Shown: one piece after another, positions 8,637 to 17,532 of the stretch | How positions within the stretch are numbered: position 1 is the stretch's first letter | Layout of the letters: each line of letters opens with the position of its first letter | Origin: Pseudomonas aeruginosa | Lineage (GTDB): Bacteria > Pseudomonadota > Gammaproteobacteria > Pseudomonadales > Pseudomonadaceae | NCBI RefSeq assembly: GCF_001457615.1 | Contig: NZ_LN831024.1 | Coordinates: forward strand, 4,260,001-4,292,000 | Reading direction: 5' to 3' | Length of the DNA: 32,000 nucleotides | The notes under the pieces: generated by a model | Told to the model about the DNA's origin: nothing | Database searches by the model: none | Seen by the model: only the letters and a program-made list of their open reading frames with translations | Program-made: the position numbers and the translations under genes

Positions 8637-11528
8637 ATGCATACCGACACCACACGCGAGAACCCGCAGGCCAGCGCGCCGCAGGCCGCCGATTCGTCGC
8701 AGGATCTGGCCGCCACCGCGCCGGGCCAGCTGCGCGTGATCAAGCGCAACGGCACCGTAGTCCCCTACACCGATGACAAGATCACCGTGGCCATCACCAA
8801 GGCGTTCCTCGCCGTGGAAGGCGGCACCGCCGCCGCCTCGTCGCGTATCCATGACACCGTGCGCCGCCTGACCGAGCAGGTCACCGCCACCTTCAAGCGC
8901 CGCATGCCGTCCGGCGGCACCATCCACATCGAAGAGATCCAGGACCAGGTCGAACTGGCCCTGATGCGCGCCGGCGAGCAGAAGGTCGCCCGCGACTACG
9001 TGATCTACCGCGAAGCCCGCGCCGCCGAGCGCAAGAACGCCGGCGCCGCCAGCGATGTCGCCCAGCCGCACCCGAGCATCCGCATCACCCGCGCCGACGG
9101 CAGCCTGTCGCCGCTGGACATGGGCCGCCTGAACACCATCATCAGCGAAGCCTGCGAAGGCCTGGCCGAGGTGGACGGCGCGCTGATCGAGCGCGAGACC
9201 CTGAAGAACCTCTACGATGGCGTCGCCGAGAAGGACGTCAACACCGCCCTGGTGATGACCGCGCGCACCCTGGTCGAGCGCGAGCCGAACTACTCCTACG
9301 TCACCGCCCGCCTGCTGATGGACACCCTGCGCGCCGAAGCCCTGGGCTTCCTCGGCGTGGCCGAGAGCGCCACCCATCACGAGATGGCCGAGCTGTACGC
9401 CAAGGCCCTGCCGGCCTACATCGAGAAAGGCGCCGAGTTCGAGCTGGTCGATGCCAAGCTGAAGGAATTCGACCTGGAGAAACTGGGCAAGGCCATCGAT
9501 CACGAGCGCGACCAGCAGTTCACCTACCTCGGCCTGCAGACCCTGTACGACCGCTACTTCATCCACAAGGACGGCATCCGCTTCGAACTGCCGCAGATCT
9601 TCTTCATGCGCGTGGCCATGGGCCTGGCCATCGAGGAGAAGGACCGCGAGGCACGTGCCATCGAGTTCTACAACCTGCTGTCGTCCTTCGACTACATGAG
9701 TTCCACCCCCACCCTGTTCAACGCCGGCACCCTGCGTCCGCAGCTCTCCAGCTGCTACCTGACCACCGTGCCGGACGACCTGTCGGGCATCTACGGCGCC
9801 ATCCACGACAACGCCATGCTGTCGAAATTCGCCGGCGGCCTGGGCAACGACTGGACCCCGGTGCGCGCGCTGGGCTCCTACATCAAGGGCACCAACGGCA
9901 AGTCCCAGGGCGTCGTGCCCTTCCTGAAAGTGGTCAATGACACCGCGGTCGCGGTCAACCAGGGCGGCAAGCGCAAGGGCGCGGTCTGCGCCTACCTGGA
10001 GACCTGGCACCTGGACATCGAGGAATTCCTCGAGCTGCGCAAGAACACCGGTGACGACCGTCGTCGTACCCACGACATGAACACCGCCAACTGGATCCCC
10101 GACCTGTTCATGAAGCGCGTCTTCGACGACGGCTCCTGGACCCTCTTCTCGCCGTCCGACGTCCCCGACCTGCACGACCTCTACGGCAAGGCCTTCGAGG
10201 AGCGCTACGAGTACTACGAGGCCCTGGCCAGCTACGGCAAGCTGAAGCTGCACAAGGTCGTCCAGGCCAAGGACCTGTGGCGCAAGATGCTCTCCATGCT
10301 GTTCGAAACCGGCCACCCGTGGCTGACCTTCAAGGACCCGTGCAACCTGCGCAGCCCGCAGCAGCACGTGGGCGTGGTGCACAGCTCGAACCTCTGCACC
10401 GAGATCACCCTGAACACCAACAAGGACGAGATCGCCGTCTGCAACCTGGGCTCGATCAACCTGGTCAACCACATCGTCGACGGCAAGCTGGACACCGCCA
10501 AGCTGGAGAAGACCGTCAAGACCGCGGTACGCATGCTCGATAACGTCATCGACATCAACTACTACTCGGTCCCGCAGGCGCAGAACTCCAACTTCAAGCA
10601 CCGTCCGGTCGGCCTGGGCATCATGGGCTTCCAGGACGCCCTGTACCTGCAGCACATCCCCTACGGTTCGGACGCGGCCATCGCCTTCGCCGACCAGTCC
10701 ATGGAAGCCATCAGCTACTACGCGATCCAGGCTTCCTGCGACCTGGCCGACGAGCGCGGCGCCTACCAGACCTTCCAGGGCTCGCTGTGGTCGCAAGGCA
10801 TCCTGCCGATCGACTCGGAGAAGAAGCTGATCGAAGAGCGCGGCGCCAAGTACATCGAAGTCGACCTGTCGGAAACCCTCGACTGGGCGCCGCTGCGCGA
10901 GCGCGTACAGAAAGGCATCCGCAACTCGAACATCATGGCCATCGCGCCGACCGCGACCATCGCCAACATCACCGGCGTCTCGCAGTCGATCGAGCCGACC
11001 TACCAGAACCTGTACGTGAAGTCGAACCTCTCCGGCGAATTCACCGTGATCAACCCCTACCTGGTGCGCGACCTCAAGGCCCGCGGCCTGTGGGACCCGG
11101 TCATGGTCAACGACCTGAAGTACTACGACGGTTCCGTGCAGCAGATCGAGCGCATCCCGCAGGACCTCAAGGACCTCTACGCCACCGCGTTCGAAGTCGA
11201 GACCCGCTGGATCGTCGAAGCCGCCAGCCGTCGCCAGAAGTGGATCGACCAGGCCCAGTCGCTGAACCTGTACATCGCCGGCGCCTCGGGCAAGAAGCTC
11301 GACGTGACCTACCGCATGGCCTGGTTCCGCGGCCTGAAGACCACCTACTACCTCCGTGCCCTGGCTGCCACCAGCACCGAGAAGTCCACCATCAACACCG
11401 GCAAGCTCAACGCCGTGTCGGCCGGTGGCAACGACGGCCTGCAAGCCGCCCCGGCCGCCGAGCCGAAGCCGGCGCCGGTGCCGCAGGCATGCAGCATCGA
11501 CAACCCCGACTGCGAAGCCTGCCAGTGA
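8637..11528 (+). CDS. nrdA: Class Ia ribonucleoside-diphosphate reductase alpha subunit (963 aa)
   Basis: N-terminal ATP-cone (RVIKRNGTVVPYTDDKITVAITKAFLAVEGG) repeated by a second cone-like segment (IRITRADGSLSPLDMGRLNTIISEAC); NLCTEI, LGSINLVNHI motifs and C-terminal DCEACQ. Confidence 0.97.
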   Translation: MHTDTTRENPQASAPQAADSSQDLAATAPGQLRVIKRNGTVVPYTDDKITVAITKAFLAVEGGTAAASSRIHDTVRRLTEQVTATFKRRMPSGGTIHIEEIQDQVELALMRAGEQKVARDYVIYREARAAERKNAGAASDVAQPHPSIRITRADGSLSPLDMGRLNTIISEACEGLAEVDGALIERETLKNLYDGVAEKDVNTALVMTARTLVEREPNYSYVTARLLMDTLRAEALGFLGVAESATHHEMAELYAKALPAYIEKGAEFELVDAKLKEFDLEKLGKAIDHERDQQFTYLGLQTLYDRYFIHKDGIRFELPQIFFMRVAMGLAIEEKDREARAIEFYNLLSSFDYMSSTPTLFNAGTLRPQLSSCYLTTVPDDLSGIYGAIHDNAMLSKFAGGLGNDWTPVRALGSYIKGTNGKSQGVVPFLKVVNDTAVAVNQGGKRKGAVCAYLETWHLDIEEFLELRKNTGDDRRRTHDMNTANWIPDLFMKRVFDDGSWTLFSPSDVPDLHDLYGKAFEERYEYYEALASYGKLKLHKVVQAKDLWRKMLSMLFETGHPWLTFKDPCNLRSPQQHVGVVHSSNLCTEITLNTNKDEIAVCNLGSINLVNHIVDGKLDTAKLEKTVKTAVRMLDNVIDINYYSVPQAQNSNFKHRPVGLGIMGFQDALYLQHIPYGSDAAIAFADQSMEAISYYAIQASCDLADERGAYQTFQGSLWSQGILPIDSEKKLIEERGAKYIEVDLSETLDWAPLRERVQKGIRNSNIMAIAPTATIANITGVSQSIEPTYQNLYVKSNLSGEFTVINPYLVRDLKARGLWDPVMVNDLKYYDGSVQQIERIPQDLKDLYATAFEVETRWIVEAASRRQKWIDQAQSLNLYIAGASGKKLDVTYRMAWFRGLKTTYYLRALAATSTEKSTINTGKLNAVSAGGNDGLQAAPAAEPKPAPVPQACSIDNPDCEACQ

Positions 11529-11791
11529 TCGCGCGTCGCTGAACGGCGTCCGTGTCGCGGCCGGGCAAGCCGGACTCCTCGCGTGGGTTCGGCCTGCCCG
11601 GCGCCTGACGGTCGCTCGTCCAGCGCCACGCTGGCAGCGCAAGGCCCCTCGCCAGGGCCAGGAACAATCCCCTTCTTCCCTCCGGGGGAGAAGAACGGCC
11701 CGGCCAGACCGTGCCGGACCACCGCTTTCGCGTGCACCTCACGCCCCATATCCAGGCCGCCGAGACGGCCGCCAGACCAGGAGAGAGCAAG

Positions 11792-13039
11792 ATGCTGAGC
11801 TGGGACGAATTCGACAAAGAAGACCCGACCGAAGCCAAGGCCGCGCCCGCCGCCGCCCAGGCCGTTGCCCAGGGCCATGACAAGCTGGACGACGAAGCCG
11901 CCGGCTCGGTGGAAGAAGCGCGCGCCGTTTCCGCCGACGACTCCGACGCCGTCGCCCGCGCCAAGAAAGCCCTGAACGACCTCGACATCCAGGAAGGCCT
12001 GGACGACCTCGAAGGCTCCGCCGCGCGCGTGCAGGTCGGCGACAAGCAGATGATCAACGCCCGCGCCGACCTCAACCAGCTCGTCCCCTTCAAGTACGAC
12101 TGGGCCTGGCAGAAGTATCTGGATGGTTGCGCCAACCACTGGATGCCGCAGGAAGTCAACATGAACGCCGACATCGCCCTGTGGAAGAGCAAGGACGGCC
12201 TCAGCGAGGACGAGCGGCGCATCGTCATGCGCAACCTCGGCTTCTTCTCCACCGCCGACTCGCTGGTCGCCAACAACCTGGTGCTGGCCGTGTACCGCCT
12301 GATCACCAACCCCGAGTGCCGCCAGTACATCCTGCGCCAGGCCTTCGAAGAGGCGATCCACACCCACGCCTACCAGTACTGCATCGAGTCGCTGGGCATG
12401 GACGAGGGCGAGATCTTCAACATGTACCATGAGATCCCCAGCGTGGCGAAGAAGGCCTCGTGGGGCCTGAAGTACACCCGCTCGATCTCCGACCCGATGT
12501 TCCAGACCGGCACCCCGGAAACCGACCGCCAGTTCCTGCGCAACCTGATCGCCTACTACTGCGTGCTGGAAGGCATCTTCTTCTACTGCGGCTTCACCCA
12601 GATCCTCTCCATGGGCCGCCGCAACAAGATGACCGGCACCGCCGAGCAGTTCCAGTACATCCTCCGCGACGAGTCGATGCACCTGAACTTCGGCATCGAC
12701 GTGATCAACCAGATCAAGATCGAAAACCCGCACCTGTGGGACGCCCAGATGAAGGACGAGGCGACCCAGATGATCCTCCAGGGCACCCAGCTGGAGATCG
12801 AATACGCGCGCGACACCATGCCGCGCGGGGTGCTGGGCATGAACGCGGCGATGATGGAGGACTACCTGAAGTTCATCGCCAACCGGCGCCTGACCCAGAT
12901 CGGCCTGAAGGAAGAGTATCCGGGGACCACCAACCCGTTCCCGTGGATGTCGGAGATCATGGACCTGAAGAAGGAGAAGAACTTCTTCGAGACGCGGGTT
13001 ATCGAGTACCAGACGGGCGGAGCGCTGAGCTGGGATTGA
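11792..13039 (+). CDS. nrdB: Class Ia ribonucleoside-diphosphate reductase beta subunit (415 aa)
   Basis: [11 protein letters not shown]...; diiron motifs [11 protein letters not shown] and [14 protein letters not shown]. Confidence 0.97.
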   Translation: MLSWDEFDKEDPTEAKAAPAAAQAVAQGHDKLDDEAAGSVEEARAVSADDSDAVARAKKALNDLDIQEGLDDLEGSAARVQVGDKQMINARADLNQLVPFKYDWAWQKYLDGCANHWMPQEVNMNADIALWKSKDGLSEDERRIVMRNLGFFSTADSLVANNLVLAVYRLITNPECRQYILRQAFEEAIHTHAYQYCIESLGMDEGEIFNMYHEIPSVAKKASWGLKYTRSISDPMFQTGTPETDRQFLRNLIAYYCVLEGIFFYCGFTQILSMGRRNKMTGTAEQFQYILRDESMHLNFGIDVINQIKIENPHLWDAQMKDEATQMILQGTQLEIEYARDTMPRGVLGMNAAMMEDYLKFIANRRLTQIGLKEEYPGTTNPFPWMSEIMDLKKEKNFFETRVIEYQTGGALSWD

Positions 13040-13111
13040 GATTCTCGATTTAGGTCAAGACCGTTAGACGCTGTCGCCGGAAAGGGATTTCGGGACAGTG
13101 GTAGAGATGAA

Positions 13112-13136
13112 GAGCCCCGCCTTGTGCGGGGCTTTC
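13112..13136 (+). terminator. Rho-independent terminator downstream of nrdB
   Basis: AGCCCCGC-CTTGT-GCGGGGCTTT followed by CCTTTGT. Confidence 0.85.
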
Positions 13137-13226
13137 CTTTGTCAAGAAAAAATGTTCCGATAAGCTATGCTAGGTTGACGATATAACGAAACCACTGATC
13201 TAGAGCCAGTCAGTAAGGGATTAAAT

Positions 13227-14945
13227 ATGGCAAACAAGACTGACAATCTTCCAGACTTCCTTCAGGACTACGCATCTCTTTTTAGTCATTTCCAAGGCCA
13301 GATGGATGGTTTAACAACCGTTCAAATTGGAGATAAATTTGCCTCTTTAGCAGAACATTTGATTCCTCATACCGAGGCAGGCTCAGACTTTGAAAGAGCA
13401 ACAAAGTCAAAAAAGAGCTGGGACAAAGGTGTAGACCTAATATTTCAACACAAAGAAATTAACGGCGTAGAGCTAAGAGTACAGTCAAAATACACCATTT
13501 CGTCAGTAGATGATGTAGACTTAATTATAAGCAAATTCCAAGAGTACGACTCAAAAGATGCAACCAACAAACAACACGAACTAGACCTACTAGGATCATT
13601 AGAAGAAGATAGTCGACAGACAAGCAAATACCTGATAATAACCTCCTCGAAAATATCAAACATAATAGCAAAGTTCTTAGAGAGCCAACGTCCATCAAGA
13701 TTTTTCCTTGAGAGAATAAAAAAAGAAAAACGCTTTCATTATATCGATGGAATAGAAATACTAACCACTATACAGAGCATATATAGAAGTACATACATTC
13801 GCCCCCAAGAAACAAAACTAATATTCCAAACGCCTCACATCAGGGTTAACAATGTATACATTGGAGTACTACCTTGCAACGAACTTCGACGCGTATACGA
13901 AGAAGCTGGTGACTCTATATTCTTTGAAAACATTCGTGAATGGTTAGGATTCCAAGGAAAAAAAGTAAAATCCGGCGGGGTTCGTGAAACAGTCAATGAA
14001 GCAATAGCATCAACACTCGAAGACTCGCCAGAGAAAATGCTCGAAAGAAATAACGGCATAGTAATCAGAGCATCACAAGTGGAGGAAACCTCAAACTCAT
14101 CCTTGAAACTAAGAGATGCTAGTATTGTAAACGGCTGCCAGACTACTATGAGTGTATTTTTCGTCAATCCTGCCGATGGACATGTGCTAGCAAAAATTGT
14201 AGAGACAGAAGATTCATGGGAGATAGCTAAGGCGGCCAATTTCCAGACAGAAATAGAACGAATAGAACTTGAACTAGCCAGATATCTAAGACCACAACTT
14301 GCCAGATCTGTTGGAGCAGAGAATAATTTTAAATTCGACCAAAAAGAAGTAACAAAAGGCAAATCAGCCTTTGCTCTACTCGACCAAATATATAAAGATG
14401 AAATTTGCTATGATGAACTAAAATCGATATTTATCGGACTATTTTCACGCTCTGCAAACAATGCGATATCGCCAAACTATACCGAGCTTAGAATTGATGT
14501 ACTTCAAAACTTCGAAAGAGACTCTGAAAAATCTAAATTCCTAGAGGCTCTTTTCGTGCTCCACAGCAAATCATCTACGGCGATGGAGTCTTTGAAAGAT
14601 GGTTTGTTAAAACCTGAAATTATGGATCTATTTAAAAGATTTTGGAAAGAAGACAAACCATCATATAGGGCATTTGTCACACTCTTAGCCATATTCAGCG
14701 CCCTTGACAAAAAAAATCGCAGGTTTGAAGACTACAACGACATAAAGAGCGGAATAATAAAACTAGCAGGACAAATAGAAATCGACCCCGGCGAATACAT
14801 AGAAACATATATAAAAGCCTTTAAAACTATAGCGCTAGACGTCCTCAAAGGCAGCGAGGACAAGGATAAAATGCTGCAAAGCATGTATCATCACATTGGC
14901 TCAATGAATTTTGAAAATGCTTTACTATCCATGTCACTATTGTAA
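13227..14945 (+). CDS. AIPR-family (abortive infection phage resistance) protein with an N-terminal PD-(D/E)XK nuclease-like domain
   Basis: 572 aa. N-terminal WDKGVDLIFQHKEINGVELRVQSKYT (D...QxK pattern). Central ENIREWLGFQGKKVKSGGVRETVNEAI...PEKMLERNNGIVIRA...LRDASIVNGCQTTMSVFF, typical of AIPR proteins. Much lower GC than the flanks. Confidence 0.75.
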   Translation: MANKTDNLPDFLQDYASLFSHFQGQMDGLTTVQIGDKFASLAEHLIPHTEAGSDFERATKSKKSWDKGVDLIFQHKEINGVELRVQSKYTISSVDDVDLIISKFQEYDSKDATNKQHELDLLGSLEEDSRQTSKYLIITSSKISNIIAKFLESQRPSRFFLERIKKEKRFHYIDGIEILTTIQSIYRSTYIRPQETKLIFQTPHIRVNNVYIGVLPCNELRRVYEEAGDSIFFENIREWLGFQGKKVKSGGVRETVNEAIASTLEDSPEKMLERNNGIVIRASQVEETSNSSLKLRDASIVNGCQTTMSVFFVNPADGHVLAKIVETEDSWEIAKAANFQTEIERIELELARYLRPQLARSVGAENNFKFDQKEVTKGKSAFALLDQIYKDEICYDELKSIFIGLFSRSANNAISPNYTELRIDVLQNFERDSEKSKFLEALFVLHSKSSTAMESLKDGLLKPEIMDLFKRFWKEDKPSYRAFVTLLAIFSALDKKNRRFEDYNDIKSGIIKLAGQIEIDPGEYIETYIKAFKTIALDVLKGSEDKDKMLQSMYHHIGSMNFENALLSMSLL

Positions 14946-14989
14946 ATAACTCCCTAAGGAGCTATTCCTCAAATTTTTATTTTCTGACA

Positions 14990-15185
14990 CTCCCTTTTCG
15001 CCTCCCGGCGAGTCACTTTTGCCAGTCGCGGCAAAAGTAACCAAAAACGCTTGCCCCTGCATCCGGCCCCAGTCGCTTCGCGACTGGGGTTCCCTCCCTC
15101 CATCGCCGTTCCGGGGGCACGCCGCCACGGTCCTTCGTGGACCGAGGCGGCTTTCGCGGCATCCTGCCGCTCAACCCCCTACACG
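14990..15185. repeat. Hairpin-rich intergenic repeat element
   Basis: Successive inverted repeats: CTTTTGCC-AGTCGC-GGCAAAAG, CCCCAGTCGC-TTC-GCGACTGGGG, CGGTCC-TTCGT-GGACCG. Confidence 0.6.
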
Positions 15186-15540
15186 ACGATTCCGCTCGGC
15201 CTCCTGATGGGGCGGACCGGAGCGTCGGATATTTCTCTGGAAGAGGTAGGGCAAATCACGCACAGCGTGATTCGCAAGATGGGGCAGAGTTGCCAAGCGC
15301 CGGGCGGCGCAGGTTTGGTAAAAAGCCTTGTTTCATGTGGTTTCTTTGATAGAGAGAGTCTTTCAGCTTCGCTCATTCCGCTCGGTTGTTTCGTTCCTCT
15401 CGTCTCAATACTCTGCCACCGGCGCCTAAGAAACGCTAAACCACGCAGCGGCCAGACCGCTCCCGACAGCCAAGCGGCTTTTTTGAGTCTGCGGTATTCT
15501 CTCGCCCTCAAAATCTCTGCAACGCCGGGAGTGGACGAAT

Positions 15541-15626
15541 ACAAGACCCGAAAGGGAAATATGTCCGGCCCTCTGCGTGGGGTTTTCTTAACTCCCGGCA
15601 CCCCAGCCCAAGAAAGCTGGTCACAT
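15541..15626 (+). ncRNA. Candidate C4-type antisense RNA (phage P1-like immunity RNA)
   Basis: CCCGAAAGGG hairpin, exposed CCTCTGCGTG (15570-15579) perfectly complementary to CACGCAGAGG (15627-15636) that contains the SD of the next ORF, and a CCAGC...GCTGG hairpin. Confidence 0.5.
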
Positions 15627-15644
15627 CACGCAGAGGTAACGGAA

Positions 15645-15719
15645 ATGCCTATCACCAATCCCATATCTCCATCCACACCGCTTCATCCCACTACCTCCCC
15701 GGAGGTGCGCCATGTCTGA
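15645..15719 (+). CDS. 24-aa leader ORF (icd-like position), overlapping the antirepressor-like gene start
   Basis: ATG preceded by GAGG at 8 nt. MPITNPISPSTPLHPTTSPEVRHV; the stop overlaps the ATG at 15712. Confidence 0.45.
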   Translation: MPITNPISPSTPLHPTTSPEVRHV

Positions 15720-16265
15720 CGCCCCCCTCCACTACAGCCGTTTCACCCACCACCATCGGGTCCTGCGCGCCGTGCTGCTGGATGAGGAAGGCTGGTTCGT
15801 GCTCTCCGACCTGGCACGGCTGCTGGGCCGTTACCTGGGCGGTCGGGCGCCGGCGGCGTTGTGTGACGAGGCGCCGTGGCCGCTGGCGACGGCGGAACAG
15901 CGCGAGCGCTTGTTCGCCCTCTGCCATGCGCTGGAGCGGCATCTGGACACCGATCAGTGGCGGCTCGCCTGGCTCCATGACGAACGCCACGGGCCACGCC
16001 AGGACTGCCTGGTCAGCGAGTCCGGGCTCTACGCTCTGCTCTGGCTCGCAGCGCCTGGCGCGGCACGGGGTTTGCGCGTTGGGTCAGCGGCTCGGTGCTG
16101 CCACGCCTGCGCAGCCAGTCCCGCCCCAACGCCACGCCCCAGCGCGCCGTGCTGCACTGGAAAACCGCCGAGATCGACACCCTGCACTGGCAAGGCAAGA
16201 CCTGGATCCCCCTCTCCGACTGCCCCCAACTCCTCGACAGTCCACGCCCGCTGATCCGGGCCTGA
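15712..16265 (+). pseudogene. BRO-N/antirepressor-like protein, frameshifted
   Basis: Frame 1 reads MSDAPLHYSRFTHHHRVLRAVLLDEEGWFVLSDLARLLGRYLG...CLVSESGLYALLWLAAPGAA. Shift at the G-run 16067-16070; the coherent tail GFARWVSGSVLPRLRSQSRPNATPQRAVLHWKTAEIDTLHWQGKTWIPLSDCPQLLDSPRPLIRA* follows in another frame, ending at 16265. Confidence 0.7.
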
Positions 16266-16470
16266 CCCCGTCATACGCCCTGAAAGGAGTCAGGGCTTGA
16301 AGCAACAGAGTGATCTTTTCCCTCATGACCACTAAAAATCTAGGTTTTTCCAGTAACGCTCTCTTTCTTTACAACTATCAGGCCAAGGAAGAGCACTCTA
16401 TTGCCAAATAGAATATTTTTAAATTTAAAAAGAACCCCCATGCAGCAGGACCTTCCTCTACAATCTATAG

Positions 16471-16704
16471 TTAGGCGTAAACCCCAATAAAATACTCCAA
16501 TCCAACCGGAAGCTTTTCGCCTATAACCTCCTCAATCCTTACAACATCATCATTCTTAATAGGATATTCACCCTCAATATTCTCACCCTTCTTCCAACGC
16601 ATCACCTCCATAACTTGCGAAATATATTCGAAAGGAACAGTTTTTTCATATTTCAAGGACTCATCATTTCCCTATGGTAGGTACCCAGAAATCAATACAG
16701 TCAT
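16471..16704 (-). pseudogene. Putative immunity gene of the E3-type cassette, interrupted by an in-frame TAG at codon 11
   Basis: MTVLISGYLP*GNDESLKYEKTVPFEYISQVMEVMRWKKGENIEGEYPIKNDDVVRIEEVIGEKLPVGLEYFIGVYA*. The start overlaps the toxin stop (ATGA). Confidence 0.6.
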
Positions 16705-16956
16705 GTTTCTACACTCCTTTTTGGATCAGCAGACTTCGTGCGAGCACCAGTATTAGAATCAAACCCTCCCAAGTGCCACCCTCTCTTGTCATACATCTCA
16801 AAACTGCCATGCTGAGAATCCCATTTATAGATATTCCCTTTTATCCTTCCAATGCTTCCGCAACCCACCACCACCTTGAATAGAAGTTTTTGGCTTAGCT
16901 CTCAAGGCGTCGGGGAAGGCAGGTAGTGTTGCCGGAGCAGGATAGTAATACACAAG
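16701..16956 (-). pseudogene. Remnant of an S-type pyocin C-terminal colicin E3-type rRNase domain
   Basis: LVYYYPAPATLPAFPDALRAKPKTSIQGGGGLRKHWKDK, then a frameshift at the A-run near 16839-16842, then KGNIYKWDSQHGSFEMYDKRGWHLGGFDSNTGARTKSADPKRSVET*. Matches the colicin E3 pattern (HPAP...GGGKRKRW...IYEWDSQHGELE...HLGSFDPKTG...DPKR). Confidence 0.8.
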
Positions 16957-17053
16957 GCTTTCAATTCAAAATCGCAGACTCACGCATTTTGCGACTGACG
17001 CACTAACTGACAATTCGGCGATTTACATCTGCTCTCGAAGCATGGATTGGCTA

Positions 17054-17088
17054 AGAAACAGGCGAAGCCCATAAACTGACTTCGCCTG
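17054..17088 (-). terminator. Rho-independent terminator for the colicin-D-like immunity gene
   Basis: CAGGCGAAG...CTTCGCCTG 9-bp perfect stem; minus-strand read continues TTTCTT. Confidence 0.7.
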
Positions 17089-17119
17089 ATCTATATCTTC
17101 GGATATAAAGGATCATCAG

Positions 17120-17392
17120 CTAGATATATTTATATTTCTTCAAAAGCCCTCTAACTTCCTGCTTTAGCTCCTCTTCATTTATCTCACCATCATTATCCTT
17201 CGGTCCATCCGTGAAGCAATCTGCCATTCCAAACATAAGCCTGAGGCAAGCGCCAAGATTATCATCATCCTTTTTCAGCAAGCCTGACGCACCTTCGCTA
17301 CGCCACATTTCAAAGAATTTTTTTGTGAAACTCTTTCCGCTTAACGATCCATCCAAAAAATTTCTTGCAAGATCAATAAGTGCCATGCTCAT
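17120..17392 (-). CDS. Colicin D immunity-like protein (90 aa), intact
   Basis: MSMALIDLARNFLDG...GEINEEELKQEVRGLLKKYKYI; resembles colicin D immunity protein (MAMIDLAKLFL...[20 protein letters not shown]) and sits 5 nt after the toxin-tail stop. Confidence 0.75.
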   Translation of the reverse strand: MSMALIDLARNFLDGSLSGKSFTKKFFEMWRSEGASGLLKKDDDNLGACLRLMFGMADCFTDGPKDNDGEINEEELKQEVRGLLKKYKYI

Positions 17393-17397
17393 TTAAA

Positions 17398-17532
17398 TCA
17401 TCTCATTCTCAAAATAGTTTTTTCCTGTCTGCTTCCTGGCTCAAGATACCACCCTGACAAAAACATTCCATCCTCTTTGAGAACAACCACAATACTAGTA
17501 TCAGGACTGTAAAATAATTGGATCCTTGATAC
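17398..17532 (-). pseudogene. Orphan C-terminal tail of a colicin D-type (tRNase) toxin
   Basis: Frame reads VSRIQLFYSPDTSIVVVLKEDGMFLSGWYLEPGSRQEKTILRMR*, immediately 5' of the immunity gene. Confidence 0.5.

Noticed and set aside
8517-11642. 1041-aa minus-strand ORF opposite nrdA
   Set aside because: Gly/Val/Gln/His-rich antisense shadow ORF; nrdA is unambiguous on the plus strand.
14990-15185. CRISPR-like repeats
   Set aside because: Hairpins are all different and irregularly spaced, with no direct repeat/spacer pattern or cas genes.
15051-15719. 222-aa plus-strand protein
   Set aside because: Reads through the hairpin repeat and candidate C4 RNA with low-complexity composition; only the last 24 codons have a plausible SD and context.
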